A stretch of DNA of 63,552 nt, filler included, from Reticulomyxa filosa (GCA_000512085.1; 25 parts of 25 records of this genome joined end to end with filler, not necessarily neighbours in it), one strand, 5' to 3'; positions 26,014 through 39,760 are shown, counted from the first letter of the whole stretch. Notes: a model not told the origin generated them from the sequence alone. Numbers and translations: made by a program.

Positions 26014-27962
26014 ATGAAGCAAGCAAATGAAGAAAAGAATGAAGTGCTTTCTCTCTCTCTTGAGAGATTTTGCTTCAATAAAGAGTGGATTTTACGATCC
26101 TGTCCACAAGAATACATTGAACACTGCATTTGTCTAATTTGCAAACAAATTGCAAATAATCCAATGGAAATTGAGTGTCCAAAGCACGTAGACATGAATA
26201 AAACATTGATTATTGGAGAGCACTGTTTGAAATTATTCCTTGAAAACCATAACAATTCTTGTCCAATTCAATCACATGACAACTGTCAGTATTTAAGAAG
26301 TAATGCGATACAAAGATCCATTGGCGATTTAACAGTAATGTGCGAAGACAATTTGAACAAGAGTTAAGGAGGTCAAATGAAACTGAAAGAGAAGGAGAAA
26401 TACCTGGAGTGATTAAATGTGACTTTAAAGGAAAATTACGAGATTTAAATTCTCATTTAATTAATGAATGTCCTTTGAATTTAATTGATTGCTGGTTTAA
26501 ATCATTTGGTTGTAATCATAACTGTTCTAAGCACAATTTAAAAGAGCATTTAATTACAGATATGAAATTTCATTTTGATTTAGTTAGTCAATTATTTCAA
26601 TCTATGAAACAAGAAATTCAATTAAAAGATAAACAGATTATTGAAAAAGAAAAGCAAATCAAAAAAATGGAAAGAGAATATCAACAAGAATTACTCAAGT
26701 GTCGCGCAGATATTGAAATGATGAAAAAAGATAATGATAAAGAACTAGATGTCTTATCTGATCATGAAAAAACAGTTAAATCATTGGAAGAAAAAAATAT
26801 CAAATCAACTCAAGATTACAAACAGTTACTTCAAGAAGAAAAAAAAGAAGAACACAAAAAAGAAATTTACCAGTCTTCTACTTCGTTATCATCATCAACG
26901 ATATCTTTAGATCTGTTTCGTTCATCGTCCAGATTAATCAAAACTTTCATTGGACATATTGGGTGGGTGTGGAGTATTGATTATTCAACATTTGATGATG
27001 GCACACAATTACTTTGTTCTGGATCACAAGATAAAACAGTTCGTTTATGGGATATGAAAACAACTAAACAAATTCAATCATTCAATGGACATTTAGATAT
27101 CGTATATTGTGTGAAATTTTCATCATATCATTATCATAATTATCATCGTAACGTAATTTGCTCTTCATCGGCTGACAAAACCATTCAATTTTGGGATTTA
27201 AAAGATAATCAAAAATTACAAGTATTCAATGAACATACTGAATGGGTTGGTGGTATTGAATTTTCATCATTTAATGGTGGTAGATATTTATGCTCTGGAT
27301 CAAATGATAAGACAGTTCGTTTATGGGATATTGAAACATCTAAATCGTTACATGTTTTTAATGGACATACAAATTGTGTTTATTGTGTGGATATTTCACC
27401 ATTGCAAATAAGTAAAAGTAATGATATTAATTTAATTGGTGGTAATGGATATACTATCTGTTCTGGGTCATATGATAAAACAATTCGTATATGGGATATT
27501 GAAACAACTAAACAATTAACTGTATTTAAAAAACATGAAGATTGGATTATGAGCGTAAAATATGGATCAAATGAATTAATAAATACAATATTATCTGGAT
27601 CAGATGATAAAAGTATTCGTTTATGGGATATTCGTTCTGGAGAACAAATTCAAATGTTTAATGGACATACAAATACTGTATGGAATGTTGCATATTCACC
27701 ATTTGTGGCAAAGAATATCGAATTTGATTGTAATTCAAATGTGATATGTTCTGGGTCAATGGATAATACAATTCGTTTTTGGGATATCCGATCAAATAAG
27801 GACGAATTGTTTATGATAAGAGGAGATGAAAATTCAAATAATGGAGTTGTATGTCTTAAATTTGTGCCATCAAAAAAGAAAAGAAAGAACGATAGACAAA
27901 AATTAAATGATATTAATTTATGTTATGGCTCATTTAAAGGTCCAATTCGTATTTGGGGATGA
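26014..27962 (+). CDS. RING-like/TRAF zinc finger, coiled coil and WD40 protein (TRAF7-like architecture); one frameshift at about 26343
   Basis: CICLICKQIANNP..C..H..IIGEHCL..CPIQSH; TRAF-type CDFKGKLRDLNSHLINECPL..CWFKSFGCNH; a coiled coil; then a WD40 propeller paralogous to 24028-25083. The two ORFs join if one base is missing at ATGTGC^GAAGACAA. Confidence 0.9.
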
Positions 27963-28039
27963 ACACAAAAAAAGAATAGATAAATACATAAACGGCATAC
28001 TTATGAAGAGAATCGATTTTCTCCATAAAAGATAAACGT

Positions 28040-28420
28040 TAACACTAATTTTTAAAAATGTCTCAAATATTGTAGCTTTTAAATTCAAATTGGCTTTAAA
28101 CAGCTTTTTTAGGTGATCAAAAACATCGTTCTTTCAAATAATTTTTCAATTTCATGCATATAAATCAAACAAGATGAAGTTTTTAAATCTTTTTATTTTA
28201 ATTTTAGGAATCTTTAATTTAAGTAGATACAGTAGGTTGCAAAAAAAACTGAACACCTAAAATGCCACCTTATGAAGATGATAGATTTTTTTAATGAAAA
28301 ACAAACATTTAAAGCTAATTTTTTTAAAAAAATATCTACAAGTCTTGTAGTTTTTAAATATGACATTGATTTTTGAATAACTTTTTTTTAGGTTGGAGAA
28401 AAATATCATTCTTTCAAATG
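28040..28420 (+). repeat. Non-coding dispersed repeat, tandem copies C (about 28040-28150) and D (about 28220-28420)
   Basis: CTAATTTTTAAAAATGTCTCAAATATTGTAG...CTTTTTTAGG..TTCTTTCAAAT recurs about 280 nt later as CTAATTTTTTTAAAAAAATATCTACAAGTCTTGTAG...CTTTTTTTTAGG..TTCTTTCAAAT. Confidence 0.85.
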
Positions 28421-28520
28421 NNNNNNNNNNNNNNNNNNNNNNNNNNNNNNNNNNNNNNNNNNNNTTAATTAATTAANNNNNNNNNNNNNNNNNNNNNNNN
28501 NNNNNNNNNNNNNNNNNNNN

Positions 28521-29688
28521 ATTATTATTATTATTATTATTATTATTGTCATTGCTATGATGGTCCTGACTGCCATCAAAACTGCGACTAAAGTTCAAAG
28601 GTGAAAGTGCCTCCAAACGCAGACGACGACCAAAATTGTTGCGACGAATAGTACGCTGTTGTTTGAGCGATTGTGTGGGCGATACAATCCGCAGAGACAA
28701 TTTCTTCCATTTGCTTTTGGTCTCATCGACGTCGAACAAAGCAAATTCTTCGTTTGTGAATTCCTCTTGCTTTTTCAGTTGGCTGGTGCTGCTGTTGTTC
28801 TTGTGATTGTTGTTCTTGCGTTTGGCAGGATCGGAAAAGACGCCCTGGCCTTGTTTCGATTTGGTTGGCATCTTATTCGTGGTTGTGGTTGTGGTTGTGG
28901 TTGTGGTTGTGGTTGTGGTCGTGACAGATGTGGAGGTGGACAACAATGGCCTCGAAGAGGCGAGTGGCGATATCTCATCGACATCACTGTTCTTGCGTTT
29001 GTCCGATGAATTGTTCATCTTTGTCCCTTCGGACCTGGTTTCCTTTAGTTCGCCTACGTGATCAATATCTATGGATTTGGATTTTGAACTGGAACCAGAG
29101 TTTACATTGAAGTCAAAATTGAAATTGGCATTGACACTCGTGACATTAGAATCGGTATTAATATTAGTGTTGGTGTTGGTATTGGTATTGGTATTAGCAT
29201 TGGTATCAGCATTAGTAATAGTATTAGTATTAGTATTATTAGTATTGGTGTTGGTGTTGAAATTGGACTTGGAACTGTGGGTGCCCACAGGAATCGGGTC
29301 TTTGCATCGTGCAAAAGGAAACGTCGCTGTGCTTTGTGGTGGCGATGATGACAAGCTGCGCAAATTAATTTTCCAATTAAGCGCAGCCAAGCGCATATTA
29401 AAAGGAGGAGTTTGTTGTTCTTCCGAATGACCTGGAAGCAACTTGGTTGTTTCTTCTTCCGGGTCTTTTTGTTGTTGAATGAACTGCATCGTAGGAGAGG
29501 GTGAGCACGGATCTGATGTTTGAGGGGATAAAAAGAGCGACGAAGGTGCAATCTGTTGTAGTGATGATGATAAAGGAAGAGGAGGAGGAGGAGGAGGAGG
29601 AGGAGGAGGAGGAGGAGGAGGAGGAGGTGTGTCGACAGGTTGTGGCTGTTGCTGTCGCAGTTTCAAAGGCAAAGACTCCACGTCGTCG

Positions 29689-29722
<34 letters not shown>

Positions 29723-30023
29723 TGCTGTGGAGCAGGAAATGAGGATTAGCGAGTTTGGATGAAAATAGCTCCTTGGACGACTTCAGTTGCTTCATGCTGA
29801 TGGTGCGCTCAGGCTGATTGTGCAAGTACGCAAACTGGATCCGCGGAGGCTCAAATACTTGACGCTCAACCTCTTTGTTCGGATACGATAACATAAACAC
29901 CACAATCTGTGTGTCCACAAACCGTTCCTCTTGCGGACCTTCATACAGCGACGACACATGAAATCCAAAGCTTTCGTTAGTTGTCGTTTCGATTAGTACC
30001 AGTATATTCTGTCGTCCTGCACA
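28521..30023 (-). CDS. Internal exon of a low-complexity protein, possible TLDc-like segment at its 5' end
   Basis: About 500 open codons with poly-D, poly-P, NT-repeat, poly-T and poly-N tracts. It begins YILVLIETTTNESFGFHVS...RFVDTQIVVFML, which resembles the TLDc L.I.T..G..FG.F motif. Confidence 0.6.
29578..29720. repeat. (GGA)n and (TCA)n coding microsatellites (poly-Pro and poly-Asp on the minus strand)
   Basis: Directly visible. Confidence 0.9.
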
Positions 30024-31948
30024 CTTTGAATTTTTTTTTTTTTTTTTTTNNNNNNNNNNNNNNNNNNNNNNNNNNNNNNNNNNNNNNNNNNNNTTAATTA
30101 ATTAANNNNNNNNNNNNNNNNNNNNNNNNNNNNNNNNNNNNNNNNNNNNGATGCAACGAAAGAAAAATTAAAGCGACATTACCAATCACAAGATAATTAT
30201 TTGATCATCTTGAACAATCCATTGATACTTGCTTGTGTGTGCATTTCAGCATAAAGACGTAAAGAGAGATGGGGGTGTATGAAAAAAGGCAAAGAGAATC
30301 GGAGTAAAATTTTTTCAAGGAATTTTGAGTTTAATCATTTTTCACATTTTTGTTTGTTCTAGCGATTGTCCCATGATCGCTAATATAAAAAATATTAAAT
30401 CCAATGTCCGATTGGCCATCATTTTTGTTGTCTTGTTTTTATTCTCAACAAGCGCAACTCTCTTGTAAGGATTAGAATAAGAGATTAATCCACCAACGTA
30501 GAAAAGGGCATTGCTCAGAGGATAGTCCTCATATTTCAAAAGAGTACTGTTTTCTCTTCACTTGTTTGAAATGTCGGCTGCTGACCTTTTTCGCATAACA
30601 CTCTTGATTTGTTTGTCTTCATTTTCATTTGCTATACTTGACGTGGGATGAGATTTTTCAACATTTGCAACAGAAACACATGCAGCAAGTTTTTTTGTTT
30701 TGTTTTAGCTTGTTGGCGTCCCTGTTTCCTCTTTCGAAATGCAATGCTATTGGAATATTTGTTTTTAAATTTTAAAATCATCTCAATCTCAAAAAATCTA
30801 ATGAAACTATCACAAATGTAAAATTTTCTTTTCTTTCTGACTAAACAACAAAAAATAGTAATGAATAGTTATTGGAAAAAAAAATTCTTTTTTGCTTGAT
30901 ATTTGGTATGTGTATTCTATTGTTTGGATTCTGGTTTGCTTGAACCAGCTCCCCTTTTCAGACTTTTTTTTCCAAAGATGCAACACTTGATCAATCTGAC
31001 TGTCTTAGCCTTTCTACTTCTCACACATAAAATATCAGTCAGGGCCCTCTTGCTTTGGTCCTGACTTTTAATAATATCCTAAACCGATCAAACCTACCGA
31101 CTAAAGCTCACCGACACAACTACAAAACAATAAAACAACTCTTCAAAAAAATTAAAAAACATAAGTTTTATTTAATGTTGTAAGTGATTTAGTTCACTTT
31201 TTTTTCATCCAGTTAATATCTCGAAAATTTGTGACTTCTAAAAGTTGTTATCAGTGTTGTTTGAATTGTTGGAAAAGTCAGAAATGTTGGAAAAACTTGA
31301 AGAGCTGGATCTTGAAGAATTAACAATACGATTTTCACGGAACAAAGTTGTTCTTACTATAAAAAAACCAACAATTAAAATATTTAAATAATAAAAAAAA
31401 TATGCTTAACTAGTCAGTGGAGCCGCTAAACCAAAAAAGATTGCCAACATCGTAATACAATAACAGGAGGCGTTTGATCTTTACCAGCATATAACAGCGC
31501 AGCGACGCTTATACTTTGAACAAGTATAATTCACATATTCATCAGTTAAAAAAATGAGGGAAAATAAATCCAAAAGTTCATTTTTTAACTTTCAAAAATT
31601 TTTATTTAATATCATTATAAAAAAATTGTCAGCATTTTTTTAAATATTTCTTTAATTTATTTTCAAAATTCATTAATATCACGTCCATTAGACATTGATA
31701 AAAACAAGGAATGGTTGAAGGAATATATTAAACATGTAATAATTTTGAAAGATAGTGATAACAATGAAAGTATGAAACATTGTATTGCAACGATAATAGT
31801 CCTTCTCGTGAGGGAAATGTATTATCAATTGTAAAAGATTGGCCATATNNNNNNNNNNNNNNNNNNNNNNNNNNNNNNNNNNNNNNNNNNNNTTAATTAA
31901 TTAANNNNNNNNNNNNNNNNNNNNNNNNNNNNNNNNNNNNNNNNNNNN

Positions 31949-32020
31949 TAGAAATACAATCATCTCTATAATGTGGCATTTTAGATGTCAACTTTCTTTT
32001 TTATCTTACTGTATCTATTA
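31949..32020 (-). repeat. Non-coding dispersed repeat, copy E at a contig edge
   Basis: AGAAATACAATCATCTCTATAATGTGGCATTTTAGATGTCAACTTTCTTTTTTATCTTACTGTAT is nearly identical to 21049-21113. Confidence 0.9.
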
Positions 32021-34959
32021 ATCTTGTTGTTTTTAAATATTAAATTAATAACATATTTTATATTTTAAAAAAACTTTACAAAAATTGTATGTATATATAT
32101 GTAAGAGTTGTAACAGCGATCATATCAATAGATTAAACTCATATATCATGAAGCTCTTGCTCACCCACAGCTCCTACACCAAGTGTATTTGTTTTTATAT
32201 GTATATGTACATATATATGCATACTCTTTTAATTATATCATCTTTTGGTAATTTCATTTTATAATTAATTATTTCTTTTAATTTAACTTTTTTGTCTTTA
32301 TTTGTATTTGTTTATGTCTTCATTTGTTTGTTCTTGCCAATGTTCTTGTCAAGCCCTTGCTTAAGTCTTTTCACTTGTCTGCAAAAGATCAAGTGTATAC
32401 ATAAAATAAAAAATATGTGTTCAATAGAATTATTTTTAATTGGAGTATCTTCAAAAAATACAATAAAAAGAATTAAGTTCTTTTGTTTAATCTAAGCTCA
32501 AACAAGTATAAGTAAAATATTTGACAATTTTACATTGTAAAGATGAAAAGAAAGATTGGACACTTGTACAACTCCAAATTTTGAATAAAGTAGCTTCTAC
32601 AAATATTGAATAATAGTAGTTCAAATCATTATCAGCACTTGCATGCCATTTGCATTCAAAATATAGCGTGACCTTTCATGTTCATTCATGCCCAAAAGGA
32701 TATTGTCAGAATTTGCAACCTCAATATGATGCTGCTAGTCATTTTTCATTAATATTATCTTATTTTAGATAATCTATATGAATTTGTTCACCATTCTTAT
32801 ATTTTTGCATTTCTTCTTTGAATTTTTTTATTTTTAAACTAATTTGCGTGTTTTATTGCTTTATTGCTTCGTGAAGACAAAATGCAGTACGAAACTCTAT
32901 ACAGCCACTTGCATCGTATATACAATATAGATTTGCTATAATCTTTTTCTAAAAAACAGTTTATGGTTTTATTCATTTAACTTACATTATTTTCACATAA
33001 AACTAAATTATTTAATCAAACGAAAGAAATAACAATATTATTTTCAAAAAAACTTTATACTAACAATTAAGTTTTTTATATTATTTTATTTTTTTTAAAT
33101 TTTTTAAATTAAACTTTATGAATAATCTAATATATCACAAATATCGAAAATTGATTTTAAGGATTCGATAAATTGGTTTTATCTGGATCTTGAATTTTAT
33201 TTTTTCACAATAAATCTATCAAAAGAAAAGTATTTTTAAGGATCTGTGTAAAAATTATTATTACTAATAGCATAATCTTAATTGATTTATATGAAAAAAA
33301 AATTCAATTCAGTGTTTAATAAAATTTTGCATTACGAAAAAAAATTTAACAAATAAAACATACTATATATGATCAAAACAAAATTTTTTTTTATTTTAAA
33401 AAAATACTATGCATTTGCACGATCTAAAAATGCTATCAAATTATTAAATTTATAACTCCATTCCATTTGCGAGAAAACTCAATTNNNNNNNNNNNNNNNN
33501 NNNNNNNNNNNNNNNNNNNNNNNNNNNNTTAATTAATTAANNNNNNNNNNNNNNNNNNNNNNNNNNNNNNNNNNNNNNNNNNNNCAGCAGCGAAGCAAGA
33601 TAAGCCAATTGAAGCGAGTGCACGTGGTGCTTAACAACTGCAAAAGCCTTTGCATATGGGATATGTTATTATCGTGGAGCGACCAAGACGTGTGTAACAT
33701 ATTCAGCTGTTTCAGCGAGGCCAGCAGATGCCAAATCACAGACCCGACAAGAAAGGTCGTGCGACTGCAAAAGAGTGTTCGCTATGTTAAAAAAAAAGAC
33801 TCCTTCTTTTTTACACGACAGCTCCAACAGCGATGTCGTGTCTTCTAATCTGCGACACTATCAATTGAATAATATTAAGGATCTTTGCCATTAAAAAGTC
33901 ACGTGTGACACTGCAGAAAATTAAGTTGAAAAGAACTGAGATAGTCAAATTTAGCCAAGGCAAGTGGACAAAGACCACGGGCGAAAATATGAACATTGCC
34001 CAAAAAGACTTCTTCGCAATCTTCGTTGCAGTCTTCTCTTCCTCCACGCTCGGCCACTTCCGATAGATTGCATCAAAAAATTAAACATTCCATCCAAAAA
34101 ACTACTTCATTTCGAAAAAAAGAGAAATTTCAAGCCTACTTAATCCATTCCACTTTTGTGTTGATTTTTTTGCTTGTTTGTTATTTTTGAATTGAATTAA
34201 ATTGCATTACATTATTTTATTACATATTATCTGTGCGTCATTGCAATCTTTCGGTGATACAAACAAAAAAAAAAGTGACATACTTTTATTTGTAAGTAAT
34301 AATACAGTTTTTGTCATCTTTCATTACAAATTCTTAAAAAAAGCGTTTTAAGTGCTATGCAGCCAGTCTTTTACTAACTTAAAAAGTAATCACAAGTTGT
34401 GTACAGAGTGAATATATTATTTCGAGTTCAAAATATTCACCGTTTTCTCTTTCACCAAAAAGTAAATACAAAGCAATAAAATAATGCACAAATTACAAAC
34501 CATTATAAAAAAAAAGTATACTTATAAGTTTTAAAAATACAAAACAATTAAAAACAAAAATAGATGTTTTATTTATCAATAAAACTTATTGTAATAATCA
34601 TTTTGATTATTTGTATACGTTATTTCCCCCTTAGTTATACTTCTTCATCTACACAAAAAAAAAAAATTATTTGTCAATCCGGTCCCACTCCTGGAATGTT
34701 CAGAAATTATAATTTTGTCTAAATATCTTGTTGCAATGGTAACAAATTGCTTTTTTTTTAGGTGCTGCTGAAAATTTACATGACAAATATCATCTGGTTG
34801 ATAATGTACATTTCTTGTGGTTTTTCCTCTATTTTCTCGTATTCGGTATCACACCTTTTNNNNNNNNNNNNNNNNNNNNNNNNNNNNNNNNNNNNNNNNN
34901 NNNTTAATTAATTAANNNNNNNNNNNNNNNNNNNNNNNNNNNNNNNNNNNNNNNNNNNN

Positions 34960-36132
34960 TTGTTTTCTTGACTTTTTTCCTTTTTGACTTAGCACATTAC
35001 AGCGGACGGAACATGTTCAAATGACAAGCAAAGCTGTGGCCAGTTTGACGGCACAAACGAATCGTTCATAAGCACGCCAATTTGCATGTACATTATGCCT
35101 TTTTCGCTTGATTTGTTCGTCCATGTATATTATGTCCACTTCTATATACATACATGCGTACACATACGTATATAAACACGTGTATACTTATGTATATATG
35201 TAATCATACCACTTTGTAACAAATTTATAAATGTAACCAACAACTACACGATGATAATAATACGCATACTGTAAGAATTGATTTTTTACAGTTGCTCAAG
35301 ATTTCATTTGCCAATTTGTTCACCGCGGGCACTACTATTCATCACATTACCAATTGTGTGCACCCATTTTCCGCAGTGTCTTGATCGATATTGGGACTAT
35401 CTTTAGAAGAACTTCTGGTTTTGTGAGCCTTGGGATTTGCTAATATCACAACTATTGCCATAGCCACAATTTTTTATTGCGCTAACTGTAAACATTGAAG
35501 GACTTCATATTGTCACTGTTGATACTTCGATATAGTGTATCGCTGAAAAGTGACTTCTGCTGGCCATAAAATCTTTCTATTTTTATCTTCTTATCTTTGA
35601 CTCTTGCCCATCTGCAATAAGTTTTCATCATTCACAAGTGTTGGCGAATAGTAATTTTGCTCCACACCAATGTCAATTCAATATTGCTTGTTTGATCATT
35701 TATGAGCAATGAAAGCGTGCCTGTTAAAAATAAATCTAATCATTCTTATGACTCATATACTGGACTGCAATTGGTCAGGTAGTCAGGTAGTTAACACAGG
35801 AACAAATCTATGTAAAAATCAATTCAAGATTTTTACAGTATAAAATTTATTTTTAACATATTAATACATTGAACTACAAATGTCTTGAAATCTGCTCGTA
35901 ATTTGATCCAACATATTTCTTCCTTTCGTCACGTTTCATTACTGTAATGTTATAAACATATTTTCATATTTTTTTTAAAAAACACATAAAAATAAACTTA
36001 ACTCAACACAAATAAAATAAAAATTTAAATAATCATTTTTTTTTTTCTATCTTATTCTTTTTTCTACTTATCATTTTTTTTTCTTTTATTTATTTATTTC
36101 TTTTTCAACTTAATAAAAATTTTTATCTTTAC
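34960..36132. repeat. Decayed copy of an unidentified repeat or gene family, homologous to 44445-46107
   Basis: 34975-35275 aligns by eye with 44560-44885 (CAGCGGACGGAA..GTTCAAATGA..GTGGCCAG.TTGACGGCACAAAC..TTCGCTTGATTTGTTCGT..CAAATTTATAAATGTAACC). The contig right ends are also similar (CTTTTTCA.CTTAATAAA). Confidence 0.8.
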
Positions 36133-36699
36133 NNNNNNNNNNNNNNNNNNNNNNNNNNNNNNNNNNNNNNNNNNNNTTAATTAATTAANNNNNNNNNNNN
36201 NNNNNNNNNNNNNNNNNNNNNNNNNNNNNNNNTGTAGCAAAAAAAGAAAAAGACGTGGCCGTCCAAGTATCGAGATCGAGCTTACATCAAACTTTGTCGA
36301 AGCTACTCCTTCTGAACCATAACAACAACAAGCGACGACCATTGCACAGTTAAGATAAAAGGAGAAAAGAAAAAAATTCTATAATATATTTTTTAGTAAT
36401 CCTTTTTTAAATTTTAAGTTTTTTAAAATTTTACAGCACAATATACATATACTTATATTGTAATTTTAAAAAAATAGATTAAAGTGTCGCTGAAAAACAA
36501 TCTGAATGAGCAGAAAAAAGAAAGGCAAAATGAGATGATTTGGAATAGTTAGAATAATGTTGATGTTAAGTAAATTTTGATTATTGGGATAATTAAACAA
36601 AAAGAACGATGATAACCTAAAAAAAAACATTTTCCCGCATAATACTTTTTTAAAAAAATGGTTGAAAAGAAAAAATTAATAAAGTCATTGTTTGATAAA

Positions 36700-38061
36700 T
36701 ACTTTTACATTGTTATGTTGGATGGTTGATACAGTTAAAGCAATTGTTTAAAGAAAAAGAAAAAGAATGGGTTCGGTCTTTGTTCAACAATTGCGACAAC
36801 GACAACAACACAATGATGAAATGAACATAGTCAAAACGCTTTGGAAACAAGAACGAGTTTGTGTTGACATGCAAAAGATAGTCCAAATGAAAAATAAAGA
36901 ATTCGAGAAAAAATCATTGAATTAACAGTAGAAATTGATAAATTAAAAGTATATTTCTATTTTTTTTTTTTTTGTTATCTGTTTGATTAAGTTTTGATTG
37001 TATTTGCACTGCAAAGAAACAAGTAGAAATTCAAGCAGGAGGTGATAACAAGCAAACAGCATTGTTTGAAGGTTCAATAAAAAAAAATCAAGAACTTGAA
37101 CTAAAAGCTGATCGTGAACAAATTACTATTTTGAGAAAAGAAAAAGTTAAGAAAGTAAACATTGACAATGTGTTGTAATCTTGAATTTGTCAGTTAATCT
37201 TGTTGGTTTGCTTGTTTTGATAGAGGGAACTCGAAAAAAATTCACAAAAACAAACAAGAGACTTGGAAAATGAAAAACGATTATTATTTTGCGATTTAAA
37301 TGACTACAAACAGAATTTAGCTATGTTCAAACCCAAAATGGAGCATTGCTTAAAAACATTGACATCATTAAATCTGGCATTTCTAAAACAAGGACGTTAG
37401 AAACGCAACGTTGCAAGCCAATTGGTAAGTTGAGCAAAAGACTAAAACGTAATCTAACAAGCAAATGGCATAGTTTGTTATTTTGTGAATTTATCTTAAA
37501 TATGAAGAAAAAAAGTATTTGTTGAAATCAAAGACGATGTTAAACGATTAAAAGGAGAATTGTCTGAAAAAGATACAGAATTACAAAAAAAAGTCGAAGC
37601 AAAAAGAGCAAGTGATCAACATAGCAATAGTGAACGAACCAAAATGAAAGTTTGCAAGAAAAAATAATAGAAATGAGAAAAGAAATTGCATGATTAAGTG
37701 ATTTATCTAAGCAAAATGCGGTAATTAAGTCAGCTGTAGAAAAAGAACGAAGCGATTTGGAATGATAAAAAAATACATTAGAAGAAAAAATTGAAATACT
37801 TGAAAAAACAGCTTAAATATCAAAAGAGTAATTTTAAAGAGGAATTACACAGTGTTAAAGCGCAAGCCAATGCAGATTTGGACTCTTTGGCCGAAAAAAA
37901 CGGACAAAGAAGAATTGATAGTGCTAATAACACAAAAAGATGACTAGTTTCGTGGTTCCAATGAAAGAATTGTTAAATTGGATGATGAATTGAACGAAGC
38001 AAGAAACATGGAGAAAACTTGTCTGGGAAATCAACAGCTTTGAGCGACGAATTGAAAGTGA
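36700..38061 (+). pseudogene. Decayed long coiled-coil protein gene
   Basis: E/K/L/Q-rich heptad-like fragments (for example VEIKDDVKRLKGELSEKDTELQKKVEAK) broken by many stops and frameshifts, with intron-like tracts. Confidence 0.55.
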
Positions 38062-38161
38062 NNNNNNNNNNNNNNNNNNNNNNNNNNNNNNNNNNNNNNN
38101 NNNNNTTAATTAATTAANNNNNNNNNNNNNNNNNNNNNNNNNNNNNNNNNNNNNNNNNNNN

Positions 38162-39760
38162 CATTTTGTTTATCTTCTGTTAGATTTTCTTTTACCAATT
38201 TGCGACATAGCGAATTGAATTCTTCATATTTTTTTTCTAATTTGCTAGCATCCACTTTATCCCCTTTGGCTTCCATTCTCTTCAAAATATAATCAATTCC
38301 ATGTGATTGAGTTTTAACATTAAATAATGACACGTTGTATCCTTTGAATGCATTGTGTTCAGCAACGATCATTTCACCAATTCTATCTGGATCCTTTTCC
38401 AATTTCAGTGCCAGTGCTGGAATATTTATTCCTTTATGTTCCCTTTTGTACGCACTTAGCAATTGATCAATGCGTTTATTTATTATTTCTTTAAAACTGA
38501 AAATATAAACGGAAATTAGTTTTATTGCTATTAACACGGGCATGATCTTATCTGCATTCAAATTACTCGAAGCCTCTTTTTCAAGTTGTTCTATTCTCTT
38601 GTTTACAATGTCTTCAATCATTTCAACATGGTTTTTTACAATATTTGATAGGACTCCGTTTTTTTGCATGGAAGTGAAACAATTGTAGCATAAATTGATT
38701 TGTTCACAATACGCATTCTTCCATTCTGATTTATCTTTAATTTTTGTCACCAGCGATTGTACATGCTTTTCTAATTTTTCCGAACAATTATTAAATATCT
38801 TAGCATTGATATGTTCATTTAATTGTGATAATCGTTTAAAAAAACTCAAGCTTATCCTTGAGAAGACTAAAGAATCGCTCTCGTTCCACATCATTTTTTC
38901 TTGTTTTGTCATTTATTACTCCTCCTCACGGTCAATTTCATCCACCATAGTTGCCAAATGAGCATTAAGTTTACGAGTCATATCAGAATAGATCCAGATG
39001 TTGGTAGTAGAATCATTCGGAATGCCACATGATACTTTCTTTTGCATAAACATTTTTACCATTTGTAAAAATTGGTTCTCGTCATTTCCAATAATCTTCA
39101 TAATATCCAATACAATATGTAACTCTTCATCATTCATTGTTTTAATATTTGTTTCATAGTCTTGCGAAAGTGAATTAAAATAACCGGAAATTTTATGATC
39201 TAACACTTTGATCTTTTCGTTGAAATTTCGCGGTAATAACGTGTCGGCATCAATATCATTTTTTGCAGCAATTTTCATTTCCATGCAATCAAGTATGAAA
39301 GTAAATGATTTTTTCATCCATTTTAATCCCTTTATATTACTGCCAATCGTTGCAACTCATCTTTCAATTTTTTTTTCTCTATCTTCGTAATTGTATTGCA
39401 TCGTTCGTAATTACATTTCGTACCAACTCTTTGATCCTTGACTTGTCTCTCTTTCCGTTTTGCCTTTCACTTGTGTGCTGTCCTTCTTCTTCTCTTCGTC
39501 GTCCTTGTAGTTTGCGCTTTTTACACCTTTCAATGTCTTTTGCACATCACCCTTTCCCAGTCTTTTACTCCTCTGCTCTTCTTCGTCTTCCAACGACGAG
39601 GAGTCTTCGCTCTCCAGTACTATCACTGGAATCGTACTTACTCTTTTGCATCCTATATTGCCACCTGTTCCCGGTTCCGGCTGGTCGCGTCATTGCAATG
39701 ACTTCGCGTCTTCTTCAAGTAAAACTCCATGGGCGTTTCTGGGATAAATTGTACATGTGA
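38162..39760 (-). pseudogene. Disrupted gene for a large helical protein of a multicopy protist family
   Basis: Consecutive ORFs 39411-39626, 38916-39317 and 38162-38912 are separated by stops or frameshifts. The segment IGEMIVAEHNAFKGYNVSLFNVKTQSHGIDYIL looks conserved; from recollection such a segment precedes a SecA-like helicase domain in ciliate and foram proteins (unverified). Confidence 0.55.

Noticed and set aside
4957-27962. RT plus variable WD40 genes as a diversity-generating retroelement
   Set aside because: The RT is LINE-type and on a different contig. No template/variable repeat pair with adenine-specific differences was seen.
28879-28919. (GTGGTT)n as a telomeric repeat
   Set aside because: It is internal to an open frame where it encodes poly-Thr, among other coding microsatellites.
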